Source of the DNA: an uncultured bacterium
GTDB lineage: Bacteria > Patescibacteriota > Minisyncoccia > SW-4-49-11
NCBI GenBank assembly: GCA_937864235.1
Contig: CALMJI010000018.1
Span: 73,955 to 137,954, forward strand
Reading direction: 5' to 3'
DNA: 64,000 bases
Shown piece after piece: positions 49,656 to 59,121 of the stretch. The notes below the pieces were generated by a model, which was not told where the DNA came from, searched no databases, and saw only the letters and a list, made by a program, of their open reading frames with translations. Position 1 is the first letter of the stretch. Each line of letters starts with the position of its first letter. The translations under genes and the position numbers were made by a program.

Positions 49656-50009
49656 ATGTCTAATAAATCTTTATTCGGGTCTATATTAGTTGGAATTGGA
49701 ATTGTGTGGTTACTTGATAGTTTTGGAGTAATTGATGCTCCTAGTTTTGGGCAGTGGTTGCCGATTATTTTGATAGCTTTTGGTGTATGGAGATTTCTGT
49801 CATCTCAGTTTAAAGCTATTGTGGAAGCTATAATCTGGATTGGATCTGGAGTAACTATTGGATTATTGCAATTAGACATCATTACTGTTAGACAACTTTT
49901 TAGAGCCTTTTGGCCTGTAATTGTGATTCTGATTGGTTTATGGGTTTTGAGTTCTGGCAATAAAAAGAGTATTGAAAAAGAAGGAGAGAAAGAGGAGAAA
50001 AAGAGTTAA
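49656..50009 (+). CDS. LiaF/DUF5668-like membrane protein
   Basis: G.ILVGIG..WLL...G, WLPIILIAFG and FWPVIVILIG repeats. Confidence 0.75.
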   Translation: MSNKSLFGSILVGIGIVWLLDSFGVIDAPSFGQWLPIILIAFGVWRFLSSQFKAIVEAIIWIGSGVTIGLLQLDIITVRQLFRAFWPVIVILIGLWVLSSGNKKSIEKEGEKEEKKS

Positions 50010-50180
50010 AATCAAAAGAGTAGTCCTCATCAGGAGGAAAACAAAATAAACTATTGCTTACTTTTTAAGTATCCTCCCAAGTAGCATTAAAAAGCAAGGG
50101 TCAACATATTCCTAAAACTCATTGACATTTTACAACTTTTGTTTCATAATATAAGAGGTTATTAAATAAATATTAAATAT

Positions 50181-51011
50181 ATGATTGGTTTCCGTGCACA
50201 CAATGGTTTTGCCCGCCTTAAAATGTATAATGGTATTATGGGTGCCTTGCACTTCTTTCAAGCTGGTTTGATGCTATATGTATCTAAAGAAGCTTTATTC
50301 CCTGTAACGACTAATTACCTTGACTTTGATTCTGCTACTCGTAGTGCAGCTCCTGTTACAGAGAAGTTTTTTGATATAAATCTTGGTCCAGCAGTAGCTT
50401 TGTTTTTGTTATTATCTGCTATTGCCCACTTTATTACAATATTACCGAATGTTTATCCTTGGTATATCAAGAATCTTAAAAATCATATCAATGTCATCCG
50501 ATGGTATGAATATGCTCTATCTTCTTCTGTGATGATTGTACTTATTTCTATTTTAGTAGGAATTTATGACTTCTCTACTCTATTATTGTTATTTGGAATC
50601 AATGCTAGCATGAACTTGTTTGGGCTAATAATGGAGCAGATTAATCAGGATCGTAAAGATGTTAATTGGCTTCCTTACATCTTTGGATGTATTGCTGGGA
50701 TTATACCTTGGATTGTAATTTTCCTACATTTCCAAGGAGCTATTTCATCCGCTGAGGTGGAAGTTCCTACTTTTGTCTACTTTATTGTATTCTCTCTATT
50801 CGCGGTATTCAATGTATTTGCACTTAATATGTTCTTACAGTATAAGAAAATTGGTCCTTGGAAATCTTATGTATTCGGAGAAAAATTCTATATTTTCTTA
50901 TCCCTATTTGCTAAGTCTCTCTTAGCTTGGCAAGTGTGGTCAGGGACTCTAAGAGGTACTGAGAATGAAGTATCTGCTATTATCTCTAATATATTTAGTA
51001 TATTTTCATAA
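50181..51011 (+). CDS. heR: heliorhodopsin
   Basis: LHFFQ, SAIAHF, IRWYEYALSSSVM, MNLFG and retinal-binding YIFLSLFAKSLLAWQV. Confidence 0.92.
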   Translation: MIGFRAHNGFARLKMYNGIMGALHFFQAGLMLYVSKEALFPVTTNYLDFDSATRSAAPVTEKFFDINLGPAVALFLLLSAIAHFITILPNVYPWYIKNLKNHINVIRWYEYALSSSVMIVLISILVGIYDFSTLLLLFGINASMNLFGLIMEQINQDRKDVNWLPYIFGCIAGIIPWIVIFLHFQGAISSAEVEVPTFVYFIVFSLFAVFNVFALNMFLQYKKIGPWKSYVFGEKFYIFLSLFAKSLLAWQVWSGTLRGTENEVSAIISNIFSIFS

Positions 51012-51038
51012 AATATTTAGTATAATACTCTAGCAAAC

Positions 51039-51066
51039 AAAAAACCCGGTATGAGCCGGGTTTTTT
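51039..51066. terminator. bidirectional intrinsic terminator
   Basis: AAAAAACCCGG-tatgag-CCGGGTTTTTT between convergent genes. Confidence 0.85.
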
Positions 51067-51078
51067 GTTATCGAGGAC

Positions 51079-51330
51079 TTATTCTCGAGGCTTAGCAGGT
51101 TGGATAGAGATTTCTCTTTCTAAAAGAGATGCTCCATCTAACTGTTGTATTGCTCTTTCAGCTTCCTCTTCAGTGGCAAATTCTACAAATCCATAACCTT
51201 TGCTACGATTTTGCTCTTTGTCAAAGATGATTTTTGCTGAAACTACAGTTCCAACAGTCTCAAAAAGAGATTGTAAGTCCTGATTAGTTGCTTTGTACGC
51301 AATATTTCGTACAAATAAATTCTTGTTCAT
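51079..51330 (-). CDS. RRM-domain RNA-binding protein
   Basis: RNP2 LFVRNI and RNP1 KGYGFVEF. Confidence 0.93.
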   Translation of the reverse strand: MNKNLFVRNIAYKATNQDLQSLFETVGTVVSAKIIFDKEQNRSKGYGFVEFATEEEAERAIQQLDGASLLEREISIQPAKPRE

Positions 51331-51460
51331 AATTTACGATTTTGAAGAAAGATTGCTCTTTCTTACTAACGGTTACCCTCCTGTCGACCTGCCTAAGCCA
51401 AGGATTAAATGTATTATATCATATTTTTATATCTTTGTATAATACTTATCCACAATTATT

Positions 51461-53065
51461 TTAATTTGAATTACAACTAGTAGCCCATAATCCTTTTTTA
51501 TTTACTTTAGCCTCTTGTTCTAAAGCTTTATAATTAGCTTGGCTCTGATAAGAGGCACCATTATATGTATATTCCTTAGCAAAACCTTCTTTTAATAGAT
51601 ATTCTTGCAAAGATCTCCCATCTTCTAAATACACATATCTTAGGAGTCTATTATAGTCATCTCTATCTTCTTTGAGAGGATCTTTGACTAAAGAGACTCG
51701 ATTACTAGCGATTAGATTTTTTAGAGCCTTATATGCCTCTACCCCATAACAATAGTTGGGGCTGATAAAACTATCCAGTTCTGGAGCATCTATGCCCAAT
51801 AATTTCACCCCTTCAATTTTACCATTGATATTAACTACTATATCATCTCCATCATTGACCGTTATGACATTATATTTATCATTGGATATATCGCTAATTA
51901 CATTTCCTGTGGGGTATTGATTGAATTCATTCACTCTGAGAGGAATAATATCTGACCATTTATATCCGAGACTTAGAAATATATTGGGACTCCCAATTGG
52001 CTTTTTATAATCATTGGCAATTAAATATACTCCTCCATTGTAAGAAACTACTGTTCCGTCTTGAAACAATTTATTGGCTCCAACTGGGTATTGTTGTAAT
52101 ACATTGGCAGGGATTTTTATAATTTCATCCCACCTATAGTTTAATTTTTCAAATATAAATGGGCTGGGTATATATCTAAGTACGCCTGTTGTGTCTACTA
52201 CATAAGTAGCTGAGCTTCCTGTGGGTGAGATTAAAACTCTAGAACGATAATTTTTTATTTCCGATATGGGTTGACCTTCTGGAATTATAGATAGCTCATA
52301 ATCTGTAGCTCTTCTAATTTGCCCCCACTTAAAACCATAACTCTCAAACACGGCCGGTGAGGTAATTGGTAATCGTTGATTTTTTTGCATCAGGAATACT
52401 CCTGTCGCACTAGATATTAGCAAGCCGTCAGGATAATATTCATCACTCCCTCGAGGGTAAGAATCTATGATTACTTGTGAAACTGGAATTAAATACTCCC
52501 ATCTATACCTTGAGTCAAAAATTAATGGAGATGGAATATATCTTCTTAAACCTGATTCCAACTTATATACAGCTCCTCCGGGCGCTAATAATAAACTTCC
52601 ATCTGGATAATTATCTTCTTCTCTTAAGCTATCTCCTTTTTGATGTAGGGATAATTCTGCATTGCTGACTGGGATAATATTATTCCATTTATATCCTTTA
52701 GATAAAAATGCTTGTGGGGATGTTATTGGTCTGACTCTAGCATTAGAGACTACATATACTGTTCCATTATTAGATAACAAAGATCCATCTCTAAATGTCA
52801 TAGGAGTTCCTAAGGCAATTGCATCTAATTCTACTGGCGATACTTCAATCAAATCTTGCCAACGGAATTGTGAAATTAGCATGTTGGGCGACTCTATAGG
52901 CCTTTTTGTGTTATTTTCTATATAATATACCTTTGGATTATTAACTGATTTTACTATAATTCCATTGGGATAATTTGGTATTTGTCTGGCTGATATATTA
53001 TTTGGCAAAATAAAATTTAGGGTTATAAAGGTAATGACTAGCAATACTTTATATTTAATTTGCAT
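51461..53065 (-). CDS. secreted repeat-domain thermonuclease (SNase)
   Basis: Signal peptide, six ~59-aa repeats, and a C-terminal DGD..LLGIDAPE..DDYNRLLRYV..EAK..KKGLW domain. Confidence 0.85.
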   Translation of the reverse strand: MQIKYKVLLVITFITLNFILPNNISARQIPNYPNGIIVKSVNNPKVYYIENNTKRPIESPNMLISQFRWQDLIEVSPVELDAIALGTPMTFRDGSLLSNNGTVYVVSNARVRPITSPQAFLSKGYKWNNIIPVSNAELSLHQKGDSLREEDNYPDGSLLLAPGGAVYKLESGLRRYIPSPLIFDSRYRWEYLIPVSQVIIDSYPRGSDEYYPDGLLISSATGVFLMQKNQRLPITSPAVFESYGFKWGQIRRATDYELSIIPEGQPISEIKNYRSRVLISPTGSSATYVVDTTGVLRYIPSPFIFEKLNYRWDEIIKIPANVLQQYPVGANKLFQDGTVVSYNGGVYLIANDYKKPIGSPNIFLSLGYKWSDIIPLRVNEFNQYPTGNVISDISNDKYNVITVNDGDDIVVNINGKIEGVKLLGIDAPELDSFISPNYCYGVEAYKALKNLIASNRVSLVKDPLKEDRDDYNRLLRYVYLEDGRSLQEYLLKEGFAKEYTYNGASYQSQANYKALEQEAKVNKKGLWATSCNSN

Positions 53066-54010
53066 TTATCCTACTAATATATCTTGTAAGTTGGTAATAA
53101 GATCCAGTGCCTGTTCTCTTGGTCTCTGAAAAGCATTGCGCCCCATAATACTCCCAAAAGCTCCACCTTCACGAATGGCTCGCATTTCATAAGATAGATT
53201 TTCAGGATTAGCAAAGTCACCTCCAGAGTGAATAACTATTCTATGTCCATTGTAAGCAGTCTTCATTACTAATTTAATTCTTTCAGTAAGAGTTTGAGTT
53301 GGGACTTTGTCATAAATACCCATTTCCTGATTAGATACTATGCCATATCCATCTACTGGTAATTTCACCTTAATAATCTGAGCTCCTAAACTTACTCCGA
53401 GAGCTACTCCATAAGCTATCACGTCTACAGCTCGCTCTTGTCCTTTGATAAGCCCTGCTCCTCTTGGATAAACCCAAAGAATTGTAATAAGACCTGCCCT
53501 ACGAGCATCTGCGATCAATTCTTTAGCCTGTTGCTCCATTTCATTGCTATACAGAGACCCTGGATATAGAGTAAAACCTACAGCGGAGCATCCTAGTCTT
53601 ACAGCATCATCTACCCAAGAATGAATGGATGGTTTTGGATTCTCATTATCTGGGATCATCAGAGTATGGGAATTGACCTTGAGAATAGTAGGTACATTAT
53701 GTTTAGCTAAAACTTCATAGGCTCGCTCTAGAGAACCAAGCGGTGCTGCATAAGCATTAAAACCACCATCTACAGCAAATTGAGCTTGCTCTAATGGGTC
53801 ATACATTACTGGATTTGGCTCAAAAGCCCGTCCAGGTCCATGCTCTAAAATTTGGTCTATTGGCAAAATCATTAGCTTACCGGTACCCCCTATTCGGCCA
53901 TAGTTCAAGATTTTAGCTAAATTTTCTTGTTGTTCTGGGGTATTAGTGTGTTTGTACCAAGATAAAATTTCTTCTACTCTTTCTTTGTGTTGAGGGTTTG
54001 TGGATGGCAT
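53066..54010 (-). CDS. fbaB: class I fructose-bisphosphate aldolase
   Basis: GTGKLMILPIDQ..EHGP, AVGFTLYPGS, WVYPRG, IIKVKLP and GSIMGRNAFQRP. Confidence 0.9.
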   Translation of the reverse strand: MPSTNPQHKERVEEILSWYKHTNTPEQQENLAKILNYGRIGGTGKLMILPIDQILEHGPGRAFEPNPVMYDPLEQAQFAVDGGFNAYAAPLGSLERAYEVLAKHNVPTILKVNSHTLMIPDNENPKPSIHSWVDDAVRLGCSAVGFTLYPGSLYSNEMEQQAKELIADARRAGLITILWVYPRGAGLIKGQERAVDVIAYGVALGVSLGAQIIKVKLPVDGYGIVSNQEMGIYDKVPTQTLTERIKLVMKTAYNGHRIVIHSGGDFANPENLSYEMRAIREGGAFGSIMGRNAFQRPREQALDLITNLQDILVG

Positions 54011-54022
54011 AGTTGTATGATT

Positions 54023-54709
54023 TTATATATGTTCTTTGGATATGATATTATTATCATTATCTAAATTATAAACCAAAATATCTCCAATAGCAAATTCAAC
54101 TCCTTCTATTTCGCTGTCACTGAGCCTATCAAAGTATTTTAGTATAGCTCTGAGAGTATTACCGTGTAGAGATAGTATAATATTTTCATTGTCCGCAAGA
54201 CAGCTCATAATATGCCCTTCTAGATAAGGTATAATTCGCTTATAAGCATCATCCAGACTCTCAGTGCGAGGCAATAATTCTCTTGGGATAGAGGAATACT
54301 TAGGGTCAAAAAAGGCATTCCTTGGATCATCCATTTCTAAAGCCGCTGGTCTAGTATAATACCCTCGACGATAACCATGTAATTGTTCCCAAGAAAGCTC
54401 ATCCAGAATATCTACTTTAGACTTACCTTGTAATTTGCCATAATGTCTTTCATTTAGCCTCCAGTCTCGAATAATTTGGATATTTTTTTGTCCTATTTCT
54501 TCTAGAATCAAATCTAATGTAAGGACGGCTCGCTTTAAAACAGAAGAGTAGGCTTTATTAAATTGAATGTTTTGGCTTTTTAATCTATGTCCCATCAAAC
54601 GAGCATCTTCTATACCTTTAGATGTCAAATCTACATCCGTCCAACCTGAAAATAAACTCTGCTTATTCCATAAACTCTCTCCGTGCCTTACTAGTACTAT
54701 CTTCTTCAT
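54023..54709 (-). CDS. gpmA: 2,3-BPG-dependent phosphoglycerate mutase
   Basis: LVRHGESLWN, FSGWTDVDL, WRLNERHYGKLQG and HGNTLRA. Confidence 0.95.
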   Translation of the reverse strand: MKKIVLVRHGESLWNKQSLFSGWTDVDLTSKGIEDARLMGHRLKSQNIQFNKAYSSVLKRAVLTLDLILEEIGQKNIQIIRDWRLNERHYGKLQGKSKVDILDELSWEQLHGYRRGYYTRPAALEMDDPRNAFFDPKYSSIPRELLPRTESLDDAYKRIIPYLEGHIMSCLADNENIILSLHGNTLRAILKYFDRLSDSEIEGVEFAIGDILVYNLDNDNNIISKEHI

Positions 54710-55485
54710 TTATATAGATCTAATTCTAATACAACTGGACAATGATCAGAACCATAAACTTCCGGGAGTATATATGCATTTTTGACCTTATCTTTAAGAG
54801 ACTGACTTACAAAAAAGTAGTCTATTCTCCAACCCACATTCCTGTCTCTGGCTCTAGTCTTCATATCCCACCAAGTATATAACTCTCCCTCTTTAGTAAA
54901 CATTCTAAGAGTGTCGATAAAGCCATATTGCTGGGTCAATTTATCTAACCAAGCACGCTCTTCTGGCAGGAATCCTGAGACTTTCTGATTCTCTTTTGGG
55001 CGTGCTAAGTCAATCTCAGTATGGGCAGTATTGACATCGCCTGTGATGATAATATTTTTATGAGTATAGTCTATATTCTCTAAATATTGTAGTAAAGCTT
55101 CATAGAACTTAAGCTTATAATTAAGCCTCTCCTCCCCCGAGCCCCCATTAGGGAAATAAATATTGATCAAAATAAATTGTTCATAATCAGCGATTTGAAT
55201 TCTACCTTCTCTATCATAAATATCATCAATCTGAAAGCCATTTTGAATAGACTTTGGCTTAGTTTTAGAATAAATAGCTACACCACTATACCCCTTTCTA
55301 ACTCCCGATTCAAAGTAAGGATTATAGCCATCAATGCTCGTAATATCCGAAGACAGCTGTTCTATATGTGACTTCGTCTCCTGCATACACAATATATCTG
55401 GCTGATATTTTTCTAAAAAGGGATAAAATAACTCCTTACGATGCAAAGCCCGCAAGCCATTCACATTCCATGATATTAATTTCAT
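54706..55485 (-). CDS. xth: exodeoxyribonuclease III
   Basis: SWNVNGLRA, QETK, GYSGVA, GDVN, GWRIDYF and GSDHCPV. Confidence 0.96.
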   Translation of the reverse strand: MKLISWNVNGLRALHRKELFYPFLEKYQPDILCMQETKSHIEQLSSDITSIDGYNPYFESGVRKGYSGVAIYSKTKPKSIQNGFQIDDIYDREGRIQIADYEQFILINIYFPNGGSGEERLNYKLKFYEALLQYLENIDYTHKNIIITGDVNTAHTEIDLARPKENQKVSGFLPEERAWLDKLTQQYGFIDTLRMFTKEGELYTWWDMKTRARDRNVGWRIDYFFVSQSLKDKVKNAYILPEVYGSDHCPVVLELDLYK

Positions 55486-55578
55486 AAACTTTCTGTAATT
55501 TATGTTTATATTATATCATAAAAATTAGAGATTTAGAATTGTGTTGGGTTATGAAGTTTTGTTCCTCGCCAATTTTTC

Positions 55579-55602
55579 CGTAGGGGCGACCTCTCAGTCG
55601 CC
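55579..55602 (+). repeat. GTAG-type REP (left inverted end of the 55579..56455 unit)
   Basis: CGTAGGGGCGACCTCTCAGTCGCC, the exact reverse complement of 56432..56455. Confidence 0.9.
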
Positions 55603-55717
55603 TGTGTTTTCGTAGAGGAGAGTGACTTCCCTCAACACACCCCAATTATTTTCGCTAATTACCCTTGACAAAATTAGGAAAATGTGGTATATACACCATA
55701 CCTTTCGCTTTGCGAAA

Positions 55718-56338
55718 ATGCCTAAATTGGAAAGTTGGGTGATGGCAGGTATCCGCCGTCAATCCACTTGGTGGAAACACCAAGAAATCAGGCTCTTCTG
55801 GGAGCCTGACATTCATCTAGCTACCGTCAGGGTAGTAATCGATGAACTGAACCTGCTATGCCAAGCAATTGGCCTGCAGTTCAAACTGATCCCATTCGGA
55901 TCACACCAGAGTGCCATGATACAGCTCAAAGCTGTCACTCATGACAATCAAATTGACTATAATCGTTTTTTCGATATAGTCGTTGCCGAGGATTGGAGGA
56001 ATGAGAGTATCGGCGGGCGAGAGCACGGAGATATTTTCATAACTACCAAACACCTCCTTGATGACCCAGTGTCATTAGGATGTGCAAGTTACACAGATGG
56101 TTGTATTCTCTTTGCTCTCCATGGGCAAAGTCAACACAACCATACTCTCCTAAGGAGACTAGTTCGCCACGAGGCAACTCATCTTCTGGGACTTGGACTG
56201 CATTGTAATGAATTCCCTGTACAGGGATATCATTACAATGATAGGTGTAACATGCACTACCACCTTCCCTCTGGGGAAACTTGCCCCAAGTGCTTGGATT
56301 ACCTTCGAGCATTTTGGACACATCTAGGTAGATTATGA
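55718..56338 (+). CDS. zincin-like metallopeptidase (archaemetzincin-like)
   Basis: RHEATHLLGLGLHC...CNMH...CPKC; start uncertain (55718 or 55742). Confidence 0.7.
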   Translation: MPKLESWVMAGIRRQSTWWKHQEIRLFWEPDIHLATVRVVIDELNLLCQAIGLQFKLIPFGSHQSAMIQLKAVTHDNQIDYNRFFDIVVAEDWRNESIGGREHGDIFITTKHLLDDPVSLGCASYTDGCILFALHGQSQHNHTLLRRLVRHEATHLLGLGLHCNEFPVQGYHYNDRCNMHYHLPSGETCPKCLDYLRAFWTHLGRL

Positions 56339-56357
56339 TTCATCATCTACCCCCACC

Positions 56358-56392
56358 AACCCCTCGTCTCCAGACGAGGGGTTTTTCTTTTT
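56358..56392 (+). terminator. intrinsic terminator
   Basis: AACCCCTCGTCT/AGACGAGGGGTT stem with T-tract. Confidence 0.8.
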
Positions 56393-56424
56393 TATAAAAT
56401 ATATTTTTTGTTTCAAAACACAAA

Positions 56425-56562
56425 CACTACGGGCGACTGAGAGGTCGCCCCTACGAAGCACAAAATACATCCACCCCCGCCTTTCAGGCTTCCCCCTCCG
56501 AAGGGGGACAAAAAATCAACCACTCCACTACAAAATAAATGTCGGCGAGGTCGCCGACTCTA
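56425..56562. repeat. hairpin repeat cluster (GTAG-REP 56432..56455, module C, variant GTAG palindrome)
   Basis: Matches modules found in other clusters. Confidence 0.85.
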
Positions 56563-56570
56563 CACAAGAT

Positions 56571-57860
56571 TTACTCCCTCTCCCCTAAATCCTCAAGTAA
56601 TAGAATTCCCTGCTCGCCTGTTTGCATATTTTTGACAAGTACTTCTCCGGCTTTTGCTTCATCAGAGCCAAAAAATATAGCTTCGGTATAATTTTTGCGG
56701 TTGGCGTATTGTAGAGCTTTTTTGAAACTGACAATTTCTGGATAGAGGTCAAAGGCTACTCCGTATTCATCTCTGAGCTCTATAATTGTCTGCATTGTCT
56801 GGGGTAAATTCTCTTCACTCAATATAAAAACTACCCTCTTTGGCTCTGAATAATTCATAGCCTTGAACCAATCCTCTTCTCGTAAAATTCCAAATAGTCT
56901 ACTAACTCCAATCGAGGCTCCAAATCCTGTAATCGGAGTATCTATATAATTCCCAACCAGATTATCATATCTACCTCCAGAGCAAACACTACCATAGGCT
57001 TCTAACCCTTCAAGATTGCTCTCGAATACTGTGCCAGTATAATAATCCTGTCCGCGGACTATAGATAAGTCTATTTTGTATTTTCTAATTTCAAATAATT
57101 CTAGGTATTGCACTAGTTCCTGTAATTCTTTTAAGCCGTCTAGATACAGCGGGTGTTGGCAATTTTGATCTTGTAATAGATTAAAGACTTCCTGAACCTC
57201 ACCCTTAGCACTGACAAAATTATATAAAGTATCTATAAATTTTTCCTCTATTTGCAAGTCTCGTAGAGCTTGTAGCCAATCTGTTTTGGATAATTTCTCA
57301 TATTTATCTATAATTCTCAGTACCCCAGCCTGATCTTGAATTTTATACTCTTCTAACAACCCCGACAAAATCTTACGATTACTAATTCTAAAAGTAATCT
57401 CTGGCAAGTCTAAAATAGTAAAAATATTCTGGATAATTGACAACATCTCAGCCTCAGCCAATCTACTATTATTGCCAAGTATATCTATATCTGCCTGATA
57501 TAGCTCGCGGTATCTACCTTTTTGAGGTTTCTCAGCCCGCCAAGACTTGCCTATCTGATAAATTTTAGCTGGCATAGCTATATCTCGATGATGCTCGGCT
57601 ATGTATCTTGCCATCGGTACAGTGAGGTCAAATCTAAGGCTAAGATCCCGACTACCTTTTTGGAAGCGATAGATCTCCTTATCCATCTCGCCACCGGCTT
57701 TGGCTAATAATACTTCTGAATATTGAATAGAAGCCGCCTCCAGCGGAGTAAATCCAGCGAATTCATACTCGTCTTGAATTGTTCTCAAGATATGGTTGAA
57801 TTTCACCTGTTCATCTAGGCTATATTCGATAAAACCAGAAGGTAGCTGGTGTTTTGGCAT
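56571..57860 (-). CDS. hisS: histidine--tRNA ligase
   Basis: LRFDLTVPMARY, RAEKPQKGRYRELYQ, RGQDYYTG, GGRYDNL and GASIGVSR. Confidence 0.97.
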   Translation of the reverse strand: MPKHQLPSGFIEYSLDEQVKFNHILRTIQDEYEFAGFTPLEAASIQYSEVLLAKAGGEMDKEIYRFQKGSRDLSLRFDLTVPMARYIAEHHRDIAMPAKIYQIGKSWRAEKPQKGRYRELYQADIDILGNNSRLAEAEMLSIIQNIFTILDLPEITFRISNRKILSGLLEEYKIQDQAGVLRIIDKYEKLSKTDWLQALRDLQIEEKFIDTLYNFVSAKGEVQEVFNLLQDQNCQHPLYLDGLKELQELVQYLELFEIRKYKIDLSIVRGQDYYTGTVFESNLEGLEAYGSVCSGGRYDNLVGNYIDTPITGFGASIGVSRLFGILREEDWFKAMNYSEPKRVVFILSEENLPQTMQTIIELRDEYGVAFDLYPEIVSFKKALQYANRKNYTEAIFFGSDEAKAGEVLVKNMQTGEQGILLLEDLGERE

Positions 57861-57872
57861 ATTGTATAATAA

Positions 57873-58325
57873 TTAAACTAAAGCTAGAATTTGACTAGCA
57901 TGCTTGAGTGGATTAACTTTCTCAAAATGTTGAATCAACTTCCCCTCTTCATCAATTAGGAAAGTGTCCCGTTGTATTCCCATATATTTTTTCCCAAACA
58001 TTGACTTTTCTTTCCAAACTCCATAGGCTTGGACGACAGTTTTCTCAGTATCAGCCAAGAGCGGAAAATTTAGATTATGCTTCTCGACAAATTTCTTATG
58101 AGATTTGACATCATCTACACTTACTCCTAACACTACAATTCCTTTAGCCTCGAGATCATTCATAGAATCTCTCATCCCCTCCGCCTGAACAGTACATCCA
58201 GGAGTCATATCCTTGGGGTAAAAGTACAAAACTACCTTTTTACCTCGGTATTGAGACAAAGTGTGACTCTTCTCATCTTGGTCTATTAGAGTAAAATCTG
58301 GGACTAATTCTCCTACCTGCAACAT
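57873..58325 (-). CDS. bcp: thioredoxin-dependent peroxiredoxin Bcp
   Basis: VVLYFYPKDMTPGCT and GIQRDTFLID. Confidence 0.93.
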   Translation of the reverse strand: MLQVGELVPDFTLIDQDEKSHTLSQYRGKKVVLYFYPKDMTPGCTVQAEGMRDSMNDLEAKGIVVLGVSVDDVKSHKKFVEKHNLNFPLLADTEKTVVQAYGVWKEKSMFGKKYMGIQRDTFLIDEEGKLIQHFEKVNPLKHASQILALV

Positions 58326-58375
58326 ATATGTATTGGTTAATTGTATATCTTGTATTATACCATATTTTTACTAAA

Positions 58376-58882
58376 TTAGCAATTCCTGAGCCTAGCTCTG
58401 TAATCAGAGTAATCTGGGCAATAGGTGGCGACTATATTCCAAAATCTCTTGGAATGATTCATCTCTACTAGATGAGCTAATTCGTGGATAATTACATAGT
58501 CCATCAGCTCGGGGTCTAGGAATATGAGTTTGTAGGAAAAATTTAGATTTCTCTTACTAGAACAACTACCCCAGCGAGTATTGGTATGTCTGATACTAAG
58601 CCGATTATAACTAAGCCCCATAATCTGAGCCCAATCTTGCACTCGAGCTGAGATAATTTTCCTGGCTTTTTCTTTATGCTGTTTATAATGCTCCTGAGTA
58701 TAGATATTATCTGGTATAGTAGCCAATTTCTCCTCAATCCAAGCTTGTTTTTGAACTATAAACTGCTTAGCCAAATATTCGGGGAAACGAGCCGGCATAG
58801 TCAAAGTCACTTGCCGATTCTGATCAATTCGGATACTTACCCTTTTGGCTTTAGATGATTTTTTGATTCTATACTGTAACAT
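58376..58882 (-). CDS. YgjP/DUF45 (M48-like) metal-dependent hydrolase
   Basis: TRWGSCS and YVIIHELAHLVEMNHS..FW; true start probably ATG 58882, since the upstream extension runs into a repeat. Confidence 0.88.
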   Translation of the reverse strand: MLQYRIKKSSKAKRVSIRIDQNRQVTLTMPARFPEYLAKQFIVQKQAWIEEKLATIPDNIYTQEHYKQHKEKARKIISARVQDWAQIMGLSYNRLSIRHTNTRWGSCSSKRNLNFSYKLIFLDPELMDYVIIHELAHLVEMNHSKRFWNIVATYCPDYSDYRARLRNC

Positions 58883-58936
58883 ATAGAGATAGTATAGCAT
58901 AAAATAATTTTGATTATATATTTTTTGTACTGTGAT

Positions 58937-59052
58937 TCTGTCCTCCTTCGGAGGAGGTGGCACGGAGTGCCGGAGGTGGATAGAGTTTGAGTTTGTATTT
59001 TATCCACCCTCCCTCCTAAGGGGGACAAAAAGCAGAATAAAGGCGACTGAAA
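58937..59052. repeat. hairpin repeat cluster
   Basis: GTCCTCCTTCGGAGGAGGTGGCACGGAGTGCCGGAGGTGGATAGAGTTT, a near reverse complement of 24562..24611. Confidence 0.85.
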
Positions 59053-59121
59053 TATCCCACTAAAAAATATTTGCTATAAAATAAATTTATGCTATACTCA
59101 AAATAAGTTAAGTATAAAAAT

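Noticed and set aside
51446-51454. Perfect DnaA box TTATCCACA
   Set aside because: Single copy with no box cluster and no dnaA/dnaN nearby; insufficient to call oriC.
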